Source of the DNA: Oscillospiraceae bacterium
GTDB lineage: Bacteria; Bacillota; Clostridia; Oscillospirales; Ruminococcaceae
Assembly (NCBI GenBank): GCA_018110825.1
Contig: JAGBCL010000046.1
Span: forward strand, 3,064 to 67,063
Direction: 5' to 3'
Length of the DNA: 64,000 nt
In this document: in pieces, positions 54,196 to 64,000 of the stretch
Position numbering within the stretch: the first letter of the stretch is position 1
Layout: each line of letters opens with the position of its first letter
The notes under the pieces: model-generated
What the model was told of the DNA's origin: nothing
Database searches by the model: none
Seen by the model: only the letters and a program-made list of their open reading frames with translations
Program-made: the position numbers and the translations under genes

Positions 54196-56480
54196 TTATT
54201 TTCCCATTCCTTCGGATATTGTACACCGAATTTGTTGAGTAGTGCAGCCGCAAGAACTTTTCTTGCCTGCACCTCATCGGTACTGCCGAGTGCGGTTAAT
54301 TCTTCAAAAGCTTTGTTGTAATATTTTACTCCAAGAGCAGTTTTTCCTGTTCTGATATAAATTCCCGCAATGTCATAAAAAATATTTGCGTGGTTATTTG
54401 AACGGCAGCCATCTGTAATTTCTGCACATTCAAGGAGTATTTCAAGTGCTTTATGAGGGTCGGAATTTTCCGTTAATGCTGCCGCATAATTTCTTGAAAT
54501 TGTTATAAAATCGTCGTTATATGAACGGCTTGATCGGATAAAACACCAAGCCTTTTCCATAAATCCAAGACCACGTTCTGTTTCCTTATTTTCGATGTAC
54601 AGAACACCTAAATTCATGTTGATATTCGCAAACAAAACTATATTTTCCGATTTATCACAGAGAGAAAGTGCTTTGTTCATCAGGCTTATTGAATATGTAA
54701 GTTTTTCGTTTCTGTTCATAGGCAGCATAGCCTTGTTGTTCAGAAGTAACGCACGGTTATTCTGTGTTCCGATGTATTCATCATCAAGCAGCTTTTCTGT
54801 TTCGGAAATTATTATTTCCATAAAAGCATATTCATGATAATTATCGAGAAAAACGTATGCGCTTTCAAGAATATTCAGATAGGAATTTTTGTCCGTTTCA
54901 CCGATAAATTTCATTATATTTTTTACCGTAGAAATTATTACAGCTGAATCGGGCAGTTCATATCCGATTATTTTCAGTTTGGTGTTTACCGCATTTATCA
55001 GCGTATTGCAGTTTCTGAAATCAGGCTTTAAATCAAGCAGAACAATGTCCTTTATCATAGGGTGGAGTGTGATAATATCGGCGTGAGTGTTGTTGATAAA
55101 TCCAAGCTCGCACAGTTCATTTATTCCGTTTGTATCGTTCAGTTCAAGCATTTTTGCAAAATATCTGATACGCATCTCATCAAAGAAAATCATATTTCTC
55201 ATTACATTCTGATAATCTTCACTGAGCAGATATAACGAAAAAAGAGTACGGATATGATTATAGTATGTAGCCCTTGTGTTTTCACCGTCCTTATTGATTT
55301 TTATTTTATCCGATGATTCGGGATCGGCACTGTTTATTATAAGATGTTCAAGAATTTCATCGGGCGTATGAATTCCTTTTTCAAGAAGCTTTCCTATCAT
55401 TTCAACGGATAAAGTATGACTATGGACAGCTTCGATAAGCTTAATTATTGTAGACTTATTTTCATCGGCATAGGTAAAATACTTGCTTACAAGCAGATAC
55501 AATTCATCGGGATTTTTTATAGCATCAAGTTCAAAAATATGCCCGTATTCAACATTACAGCGTGTTGTAAAAATCATCTTACAGCTGTAATTCAAAAGTG
55601 TGCTGAGAAAGCTGTCATTCGGAGAATTGAAGTTATCGATTATAATAAGCGAATCTGTTTTCAGGCTTTTCAGAAAGCGAATATGCTTTGTGAATTTTGT
55701 ATGTTCATCATCAGAAATACTATCGCCTGCAAATTCAATATCAGCTATCATTTCTTTCAGATCTCCGCTGTAATTGAAGTAGAGAATATTTTTATATTCT
55801 TTCTTGTATTTCTTTGCATAAGCTTTTGCAAATTCGCTTTTTCCAATTCCGGCAAAGCCTGTTACATATATTTCATTGTGATTTTGCAGTGCGGTATGAA
55901 GTTCTGTTGTTTCGTTGTCACGTCCGCAGAAATATTTACAGGGAGCAGGAACATCTGCACCAAAAATGTATTCGGAAGCTGTTATTGCAGAGGTTGGGAG
56001 CATAGCTTTATCAGCAGGGATAAAAGGGCGATCAATAGCCGTAAAAATAACGTTTCCGATAAATGAGCATATTTCATAATCTGTGTACTCAGATATATTC
56101 TGCGGTAATATTTCAGCTTTCTTTTCTTCTGAAAGAGTGTAATCATTTCTCACAAGATTTACAAGCTCATTATATAGATTGTGTTTATCAAAAACCAATT
56201 TAAGACAGTTTTCCTGAAAGCTGTCACCGATAATATCGGAACCTTCTTTACGATAATAATTTACAACGATTGCAGGTATGGGTCGATTGCCCTTTATCCA
56301 TCGGCTGACTGCTGAATTATCAAATCTGACATCGTCATTTTCGGTATAGAAATCATAGAAAATATCGCACAGAAGGTCAAACTGAGAATATGCAGTTTCT
56401 CTGTTTTTTGTTGTGTGCATATTCTCACGGCAGTTCTCAATTATTATGTTTATCACTGTACTGAAATCTACTCTTTGCAT
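54183..56480 (-). CDS. STAND NTPase: unknown N-terminal domain + NB-ARC + TPR repeats
   Basis: FCGRDNETTEL, Walker A GFAGIGKSEF, Walker B LIIIDNF, a TTR motif, and HSHTLSVEMIG (GxP/GLPL-like). The C-terminal ~300 aa have TPR-like character. The N-terminus contains NSAVSRWIKGNRPIP, an HTH_XRE-like fragment. Confidence 0.7.
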   Translation of the reverse strand: MQRVDFSTVINIIIENCRENMHTTKNRETAYSQFDLLCDIFYDFYTENDDVRFDNSAVSRWIKGNRPIPAIVVNYYRKEGSDIIGDSFQENCLKLVFDKHNLYNELVNLVRNDYTLSEEKKAEILPQNISEYTDYEICSFIGNVIFTAIDRPFIPADKAMLPTSAITASEYIFGADVPAPCKYFCGRDNETTELHTALQNHNEIYVTGFAGIGKSEFAKAYAKKYKKEYKNILYFNYSGDLKEMIADIEFAGDSISDDEHTKFTKHIRFLKSLKTDSLIIIDNFNSPNDSFLSTLLNYSCKMIFTTRCNVEYGHIFELDAIKNPDELYLLVSKYFTYADENKSTIIKLIEAVHSHTLSVEMIGKLLEKGIHTPDEILEHLIINSADPESSDKIKINKDGENTRATYYNHIRTLFSLYLLSEDYQNVMRNMIFFDEMRIRYFAKMLELNDTNGINELCELGFINNTHADIITLHPMIKDIVLLDLKPDFRNCNTLINAVNTKLKIIGYELPDSAVIISTVKNIMKFIGETDKNSYLNILESAYVFLDNYHEYAFMEIIISETEKLLDDEYIGTQNNRALLLNNKAMLPMNRNEKLTYSISLMNKALSLCDKSENIVLFANINMNLGVLYIENKETERGLGFMEKAWCFIRSSRSYNDDFITISRNYAAALTENSDPHKALEILLECAEITDGCRSNNHANIFYDIAGIYIRTGKTALGVKYYNKAFEELTALGSTDEVQARKVLAAALLNKFGVQYPKEWENNYLE

Positions 56481-56549
56481 AATTTTCCCTTTCCCGATTT
56501 TTTATTTCAGTATAGCATAAATTTACACAAATTACAACAGAAAATATTG

Positions 56550-56567
56550 TGCGAAAACGTTTTCGCA
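56550..56567. promoter_or_regulatory. Perfect 18-bp palindrome TGCGAAAACGTTTTCGCA
   Basis: It lies in the divergent intergenic region between the STAND gene and the recombinase gene. Confidence 0.5.
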
Positions 56568-56573
56568 AATCTA

Positions 56574-56623
56574 TTGAATTCTTGCGGATTATGATGTATA
56601 ATGTATATAGTCATAATCTGCTG
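56574..56623 (+). promoter_or_regulatory. Recombinase promoter embraced by an inverted repeat of the GATTATGA motif
   Basis: TTGAAT (56574-56579), 17 nt, TATAAT (56597-56602). The arms are GCGGATTATGA (56584-56594) and TCATAATCTGC (56611-56621). Confidence 0.6.
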
Positions 56624-56636
56624 TTTGGAAAGGTAG

Positions 56637-58286
<1,650 letters not shown>

Positions 58287-58290
58287 AAAA

Positions 58291-58331
58291 ATGAACACAT
58301 ATCATTTTGGAGCACTATGATATGTGTTCAT
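58291..58331. repeat. 15-bp perfect inverted repeat straddling the right junction of the insertion
   Basis: ATGAACACATATCAT (58291-58305, element side) and ATGATATGTGTTCAT (58317-58331, overlapping TATGAT and the resumed host ORF), separated by an 11-nt spacer. Confidence 0.85.
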
Positions 58332-59343
58332 ACGAACTTAAACCTGAAAGTGACGGTAAATATCAGCTTAAAACAAGGTTTGCGAAGTTTACTAATCTCC
58401 CCGAACTTATGGGCATTTTTAAAGAAGCGGCGGATATTCGCACAGCTGATACTCTTGACCTTGATAAGCCTGACGCAGTAGTAACGGAAGTAGTGGCGAA
58501 ACCGTCGAAAATACAGAGGCGAGCCATTAAGAGCCTCGGCAAGAGAGCTGCCGAAATCCGCACAGGTACGGTTGACCCTCGTGAAGATAATATGCTTAAA
58601 ATCACATCGGACGGAAGAAAGATAGGACTTGACCAGCGTTTGCTCAATCCTGCACTCCCTGATGACCCTAACAGCAAGGTGAATTTGTGCGTAAAGAATG
58701 TCTTTGATATTTATACGCAGACAGCAGACAAACGCAGTACGCAGTGTATTTTCTGTGACCTTTCCACACCGAAGGCTGAAACACGTCAGGATAAATTTAT
58801 AATTTTCCGTCCTGATAGTAGAAAACCACTCGGTTATGACGTTATCCGTAAAAAGACAGGTATAAAAAAGGATATGGATTTGGAGAAAATCCGTAAATAT
58901 GTTGACAGCAAGGCGACAGAAGATGATGACAAGCTTAAAATCGGTGATATTGCTGTAATCCGCAGACCTTCAGAGGATATGACTAAAATCATTTCCGAAG
59001 CGGGTATTTATGAAAACGGCAAGTTTGTAACTGATGAGTCAGAAAAGCTGCTTGAACAGCTTGGAATGTCACCTATTGAGGATATGCCGCCAAAGGAGTT
59101 TAACGTTTATGACGATATAAAGAAAAAGCTTATGGTAATGGGTGTTCCCGAAGATGAAATTGCTTTTATCCACGATTATGACACTCCCGAACAGAAGCAG
59201 GCACTTTTTAATCAGATGAACGCAGGTGAAGTTCGTGTTCTTCTCGGCTCTACCGCAAAATGCGGTGCGGGTATGAACGCACAGCAGAAAATGATAGCAC
59301 TCCACCATCTCGACGCTCCAATGCGACCATCTGATGTTGAACA
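58322..59343 (+). pseudogene. Continuation of the giant gene: SNF2 helicase inter-lobe region and C-lobe, truncated again in motif VI
   Basis: Contains KTRFAKFTNLPELM, IFCDLSTPK and VLLGSTAKCGAGMNAQ...LHHLDAPMRPSDVE. The reading frame then turns into unrelated sequence and stops at 59479. Confidence 0.75.
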
Positions 59344-59397
59344 CCTTTCAGGGAACATCAAAATCAAACCCAGCCGTGATATATCAAACAAAACAAC

Positions 59398-59435
59398 GCC
59401 CATTCTCAAGGTTGTAATTGCCTTTGAGAATGGGC
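59398..59435. terminator. Bidirectional stem-loop terminator downstream of the YhcG-like gene
   Basis: GCCCATTCTCAAGG pairs with CCTTTGAGAATGGGC (one bulge). T-rich tracts lie on both strands. Confidence 0.6.
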
Positions 59436-59445
59436 GTAGTATTTT

Positions 59446-60528
59446 TTATATATCCTTATTATTTTCCTGCTGTAAATAAAACATAGCCTTCTGTGTTTCG
59501 ATTTCAGCACGGAGTTCTTCTTCAGTCGGAAGATAAAGCTTATACTTACTTGCAAAAAGCTGTTCATTGCCGTGCAGAACAGAGTACCGTGCAATATCTT
59601 CGTCTGTATCTGAGCAAAGCACGATGCCGATGGTAGGATTATCTCCCTCACTTCGTTTAAGCTCGTCATACATACGGATGTACATATCCATTTGACCTAC
59701 ATCCTGATGTGTAATTTTCTCTGTTTTAAGGTCAATAAGAACAAAGCATTTCAGAATGTAGTTGTAAAAAACAAGGTCAATAAAATAATCCTGCTTTTCG
59801 GTCTGAATACGCTGCTGACGTGCCACAAAAGCATAACCCTTGCCAAGTTCCATAAGGAATTTCTGTAAATTCGTTATAATACTCTTTTCAAGCTCCGATT
59901 CTGTAAACGCTGTATCGTTTCCAAAACCGAGAAACTCTGCGACAACAGGATTTTTGATAAATTCAAGCTTGTCTGTAAGTGAATTTGTAAGCTGTTTCAT
60001 TTCATTTTCAACAGATTCTTTTTGCTGTGATTTCAGCAGGCGATAGTAATACTGCGATGAAATATTACGCTGTAATGTACGAACACTCCAGCTTTGTTCT
60101 GCTGCTTCATTGGTGTACCATTCTCTCGCAGTGATGTCCTCGACTTGCAAAAGCGTTCTGTAATGTGTCCACGATAGTAGTGAGGATTTTCCACTCAATG
60201 AGTGGAAAATTTGCGGAAAGCATTTATAAAAGGAATAAAAGCTGTAAAGATTTGATTTTGTGAAGCCTTTTCCGTAAATCTCAGTAAGTGATTTTGACAG
60301 ACGCTTAATTACCTCAGCACCATATTCAGCACGTTCTTCACCGCCTAAAATTTCTTCTGAAATACGATAGCCAAGAAGCCAGTTCCGCTGAACAAGTGCG
60401 GCATTTACAGCCTGATATGCTGTTTTCTGTGATACATCAATAATGTTCTGCATATCACCAAGCAAATCGTCGGATTTTTTATAGTTTATCATAAGATTAT
60501 TGTTTTCGGCAGCTGATAGATTATTCAT
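59446..60528 (-). CDS. YhcG/DUF1016-like PD-(D/E)xK nuclease-fold protein
   Basis: N-terminal pattern AVNAALVQRNWLLGYRI and C-terminal YFIDLVFYNYILKCFVLIDLKTEKITHQDVGQMDMY (D...D/ExK-like core). I chose the ATG at 60528; the track start at 60621 is longer. Confidence 0.65.
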   Translation of the reverse strand: MNNLSAAENNNLMINYKKSDDLLGDMQNIIDVSQKTAYQAVNAALVQRNWLLGYRISEEILGGEERAEYGAEVIKRLSKSLTEIYGKGFTKSNLYSFYSFYKCFPQIFHSLSGKSSLLSWTHYRTLLQVEDITAREWYTNEAAEQSWSVRTLQRNISSQYYYRLLKSQQKESVENEMKQLTNSLTDKLEFIKNPVVAEFLGFGNDTAFTESELEKSIITNLQKFLMELGKGYAFVARQQRIQTEKQDYFIDLVFYNYILKCFVLIDLKTEKITHQDVGQMDMYIRMYDELKRSEGDNPTIGIVLCSDTDEDIARYSVLHGNEQLFASKYKLYLPTEEELRAEIETQKAMFYLQQENNKDI

Positions 60529-60707
60529 TAAGTTCACCGCTTTCGTTTTGGTATAATAGCATTTCTTTACATTATAACATATAAATCGGCAGAAAACAAT
60601 ATTGCAATGGCTTTTAAGCAATTTTTAGTCGTTTAGTCTGAATTTATTGACTTTTGTATGGATTTGAAATATTATTATAATATGCTATTTTTAAGGACGT
60701 GACATTT

Positions 60708-61256
60708 ATGTTAGGATTTTATCTTACCTTGCTTGATTCCGCTGAGGAAAAAAGCAAGTTTGAACAGTTGTATATAACCTATCGGCAGGATATGTTTAAA
60801 ATTGCGTATTCTATCCTCAAAGATAATTACGAAGCAGAAGATGCTGTACACGAAGCTTTTTTGATTGTCATAAAGAAATTTGATAAAATTTCAGAAGTGA
60901 ACTGTCCCCAAACCCACGCTTATTTGATTATTATAGTGAAGAACCTCGCTTTAAAAATTTATAACAAGCGTAAAAAAGTTAAAACAGAAGATATTGAAAA
61001 TATTGATATTGTTGATGAAACAAATGTTGAAGATACCGTTATTGATGAAATGACCATTGAACAGGTTGAAGAAATTTTAATGAAGCTTCCTGAAAACTAT
61101 TATCATATTTTGTATTTGGAGCAATATATGGGCTTTAATATTACAGATATATCTGAATGTCTTGATATTACATATGAAAACGCTAAAAAGAGGTTACAGC
61201 GAGCTAAAAATAAATTCAAGCAAATGGTTAAGGAGTGTTTGGAAGATGCAACCTAA
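60708..61256 (+). CDS. Sigma-70 family (ECF-like) RNA polymerase sigma factor
   Basis: Region 2 (FEQLYITYRQDMFKIAYSILKDNYEAEDAVHEAF) and region 4 (YLEQYMGFNITDISECLDITYENAKKRLQRAK). Confidence 0.8.
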   Translation: MLGFYLTLLDSAEEKSKFEQLYITYRQDMFKIAYSILKDNYEAEDAVHEAFLIVIKKFDKISEVNCPQTHAYLIIIVKNLALKIYNKRKKVKTEDIENIDIVDETNVEDTVIDEMTIEQVEEILMKLPENYYHILYLEQYMGFNITDISECLDITYENAKKRLQRAKNKFKQMVKECLEDAT

Positions 61257-61908
61257 ATTGCCGTCAGCTTTTGAAGCAACATTGTCGGAGCGTATTATAA
61301 ATACTGTTCCTGATATGCCAGACCACGTTTTTTCAAAGCGGTTTGAAAAGAAAATGAAACAGCTTATACAACAAAGTAAAACTGCTTCAAAATCTAAAAT
61401 TACAGTAAAAAGAATGTTTATATGTATTACAGCAGCGGTATTGGCTGCTACAATTATGGCATTGTCCGTAGGTGCTGTTCGTGATTTTTTCAAAAACTTT
61501 TTTATGCAGATTTTTGATACTCACACAACTGTTCAATCAAATGATATTGAAAATACACCGACATCAATAAAAGATGTGTATACAATTATTGTTCCTGATG
61601 GATATGAACTTGTGTATGAAGATGAAATTTTCGAATGGTCACCGTATGTATGCTATGATTATTATAAAGACGATATATATATTTTCTTTGCTCAATATGT
61701 AAAAGAACAATATGATGTCGATGTTAATACCGAAAATCGTTTGTTAGAATACATTTCTATAAATGACAATGATGGGTATATAGTTGATTTGGGTAATAAT
61801 GAATATTATATTTCATGGGATAATGGAGAGTATATTTTTGATATTACAAGTAATATTGGGCAAAAGCAACTAATTGAATTAGCTGAATCTGTACATAAAG
61901 TAGAATAA
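61246..61908 (+). CDS. Membrane-anchored anti-sigma-like protein (DUF4367-like C-terminal domain)
   Basis: It overlaps the sigma gene stop. It has a single TM helix (ICITAAVLAATIMALSVGAV) and an extracytoplasmic IVPDGYEL segment. Confidence 0.55.
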   Translation: MQPKLPSAFEATLSERIINTVPDMPDHVFSKRFEKKMKQLIQQSKTASKSKITVKRMFICITAAVLAATIMALSVGAVRDFFKNFFMQIFDTHTTVQSNDIENTPTSIKDVYTIIVPDGYELVYEDEIFEWSPYVCYDYYKDDIYIFFAQYVKEQYDVDVNTENRLLEYISINDNDGYIVDLGNNEYYISWDNGEYIFDITSNIGQKQLIELAESVHKVE

Positions 61909-61940
61909 TGAAAATTTGTGTATAATTCTGTCCCCTAAAG

Positions 61941-62000
61941 CCTCCTCTAAAGATTATTCAAATAGATGGTTGTATTACCATTAAATAATCTGAAAGGAGG
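61941..62000 (+). promoter_or_regulatory. 5'-leader hairpin able to sequester the GGAGG RBS
   Basis: CCTCCTCTAAAGATTATT (61941-61958) is imperfectly complementary to AATAATCTGAAAGGAGG (61984-62000). A TGTGTATAAT extended -10 lies at 61917-61926. Confidence 0.45.
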
Positions 62001-62071
62001 TTTTCTTATGAAAAAAGAATTAATATTTTACTGGTATCAGATTAAGAAAATATACATTAAGGAGGCTTCAT

Positions 62072-62800
62072 ATGAACCGAATTAGGCAAAATAACATAAT
62101 AAAATTTATGAGTATAATAATTTTAATTATGATACCAATAATCATTATAATTTATTATTCTAATCAAGGTAAACCAAACACAGAACAACAAATTGATAAT
62201 GTGTCAGATGATAAAAACATATGCAGTGCAGAAAAAATCAGAACATCAAATTTGGTATATATTCCGATTGTTGATTTAAAAAGTAAACTTCAAGAAAAAG
62301 AATTTCGTAAAATTGTTATTGAATATTTCAAAAATGAGCCTTCTCGCTTGGAATCTAATGCTGTGCTTTATAACGAGAAGGGATGCTACTTTTCTGCCTG
62401 TGGTGCGGCAATATACAATGTGAATACAAATACATTTGAAAAAACTTTACAATGTTTTATTTTTACTCATGATCTTGAAGAGGTGGGTACAATATATTTT
62501 TATTTGGATGGTAAAAAAACAATTTCACAAATTTCCATAAATAGTGCTGAGAATGGAACAAAATCAGCATTATTAAAAAAGCTATCTAAAAATAAAGATA
62601 AAGAATATATTATTGTTTCCGATGGTTATTATAGTACAGCGTTATTGGATTCAGATAATACACTGATACCACTTTCAACCGGTTCAGATGTATTTGTTGT
62701 AAATGGCGATTGCTTTTCTGAACTTAATAATACAGGTGTGAGTTTATCTTATAATAAAATAATAAATGAGGAGAATTTAATTTGGATTGAATTTGATTAG
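62072..62800 (+). CDS. Membrane-anchored hypothetical protein
   Basis: AAGGAGG RBS. The N-terminus is an Ile-rich TM helix. No motif recognised. Confidence 0.5.
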   Translation: MNRIRQNNIIKFMSIIILIMIPIIIIIYYSNQGKPNTEQQIDNVSDDKNICSAEKIRTSNLVYIPIVDLKSKLQEKEFRKIVIEYFKNEPSRLESNAVLYNEKGCYFSACGAAIYNVNTNTFEKTLQCFIFTHDLEEVGTIYFYLDGKKTISQISINSAENGTKSALLKKLSKNKDKEYIIVSDGYYSTALLDSDNTLIPLSTGSDVFVVNGDCFSELNNTGVSLSYNKIINEENLIWIEFD

Positions 62801-62816
62801 ATTTAGGAGGAATTTT

Positions 62817-63971
62817 ATGAAAAAAATAGTAAGTTTTATATCTGTATTTTTATGCTGTTCATTTATAGTTTGTTCAACAACAGTCTTTGCTCAAACAAAC
62901 AGTAATACGTCAAATATTTCTGCCCAAAAAGAAGCATCACATAAATATGTATTAAGTTGTTTTGAAGATATTATTGCTTCACAAATGGATAATGATGTGT
63001 TTCTTTCAAGAATTAATGATATAAATATGTTGGTACTGGGTGATCCATACATTGTATATCACAATGAACATACAATTCAAAACAATGTTATGTATTATCC
63101 TATTATTGATAGTTCGACGAATCAAGTGGTATACCTTATTGAAACGATCGGTATTGATGGACGATACATATGTAATCCATTAGACCATATGGTAGATGTT
63201 TTGAACGAAATAGATTATATCAATACTGACAGCGTAGCATATTACTTGAATAACAGTATTTATTTTGAAACAGAATCAGTTAAAATAGATTCGACATATT
63301 TTTATAATAACGATTATAATATGAAAAATTATCCCATAATGTTATCAGAAAGCGAAAGTGAGTTTATCAATTCTACATTTGAAGAGAAAAAGTCTATAAT
63401 ATCTAAAAACACAACCACATTAATGGATTTTTCCAATTTTATAACAGATGCAGATAGTGTTTTATCTATGAAGTGTTATGGGTATTTGAACCTTAACAAT
63501 CCACAAGGACAGTATAACTATGATATGTGTTGGGCAAGTGCAGTTGCAACTGTAAATAATTATTTGAATTCCACTGTTACTAATGGTTTTGAAGTATGCA
63601 CTCGAATGGGAAAAGGTTATAATGATGGGGGAAATGCATATGAGATTCAAGATGCACTTTGGAAATATGGAATAGATTATGGATATATTAGAGCAGATGC
63701 ATTAACATGGCAACAACTCAAAAATAATATTGATTCGGATTATCCGCCAATTGCAAATGGAAGCAACACAGCATATACAAATGGACATACTGTAACTATT
63801 TCTGGATATAAGCCCAATTCACAATCCAGCACATCATTTAATGTACGAACATGGAATAGTGCATTAAATGGTGGTACTGGAGGCTATGCAGATATTTCGT
63901 ATGGTGATCCGTTTTATACAGAAGGTGGCGGAATTCCATATTATTGGTCAGCAACAATATCTTATCAGTAA
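62817..63971 (+). CDS. Secreted papain-fold cysteine peptidase (C39-like/BtrH_N-like)
   Basis: Signal peptide (ATG at 62817, GGAGGA RBS). Catalytic Cys context YDMCWASAVATV and His context NGHTVTISGY. Confidence 0.6.
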   Translation: MKKIVSFISVFLCCSFIVCSTTVFAQTNSNTSNISAQKEASHKYVLSCFEDIIASQMDNDVFLSRINDINMLVLGDPYIVYHNEHTIQNNVMYYPIIDSSTNQVVYLIETIGIDGRYICNPLDHMVDVLNEIDYINTDSVAYYLNNSIYFETESVKIDSTYFYNNDYNMKNYPIMLSESESEFINSTFEEKKSIISKNTTTLMDFSNFITDADSVLSMKCYGYLNLNNPQGQYNYDMCWASAVATVNNYLNSTVTNGFEVCTRMGKGYNDGGNAYEIQDALWKYGIDYGYIRADALTWQQLKNNIDSDYPPIANGSNTAYTNGHTVTISGYKPNSQSSTSFNVRTWNSALNGGTGGYADISYGDPFYTEGGGIPYYWSATISYQ

Positions 63972-64000
63972 GTATTAGATTATAACTATTTAATCTAAAC

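Noticed and set aside
58307-58321. Track start (TTG at 58307) of an independent 390-aa gene.
   Set aside because: The sequence is the continuation of the interrupted SNF2 helicase, and there is no RBS. I annotate it as a gene fragment rather than a separate CDS.
62008-62085. 25-codon ORF with a strong GGAGG RBS upstream of 62072.
   Set aside because: It is too short and has no recognisable family, so I do not list it as a CDS feature. I keep it only as part of the leader-structure finding.

Overview
AT-rich, Firmicutes/Clostridia-style DNA. Nearly all genes from 1 to 40.4 kb are co-directional on the + strand, and together they form the backbone of a conjugative element (ICE or plasmid; its ends and any integrase or rep gene lie outside the window). 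In order, the backbone carries: MobC plus relaxase; a divergent RHH-repressor promoter; ParA and a ParB-like protein; a GmrSD-like type IV restriction cargo gene; a PcfB/DUF3801-like protein; a VirD4-type coupling protein; an orphan RES-domain gene; a Gram-positive mating-pair-formation block (Maff2-like, VirB6/TrbL-like, PrgI-like, VirB4-like, large membrane protein); topoisomerase III; a GAF-GGDEF protein with four tandem repeat modules; a DUF3991-Toprim protein; and a giant (>3,700 aa) polyvalent protein ending in an N6-adenine methylase fused to an SNF2 helicase. The main structural result is that this giant gene is broken twice. (1) At 40407-40412 a 17.9-kb element is inserted in frame. 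It is bounded by the hexamer TATGAT on both sides, and a TnpX/TndX-like large serine recombinase gene sits at its right end. Its cargo is an SF1B helicase with an unknown 530-aa N-terminal domain, an agrB/agrC/agrA-like quorum-sensing set with no detectable agrD, an orphan solute-binding lipoprotein, a secreted M23 peptidase, a TnpW-like gene, a parMRC-like actin partition locus with GTCAA iterons, its own MobC-relaxase with an oriT-like hairpin region present twice in inverted orientation, and an NB-ARC/TPR STAND NTPase. (2) The resumed helicase C-lobe (58322-59343) breaks off again inside helicase motif VI. Unrelated DNA follows: a YhcG/DUF1016-like nuclease, a sigma/anti-sigma pair and secreted proteins including a papain-fold cysteine peptidase. 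Other observations worth follow-up: an identical GC-rich 21-nt palindrome-containing sequence embedded in frame in both the parB-like and topB genes (parS candidate); a 15-bp perfect inverted repeat straddling the right junction of the insertion; a 14-nt sequence shared in inverted orientation between the left subterminus of the insertion and the recombinase promoter; and a ~70-aa module shared by the GGDEF protein and the N-terminus of the giant protein. I saw no rRNA, tRNA or CRISPR array. All family calls come from motif recognition by eye, not from database searches.
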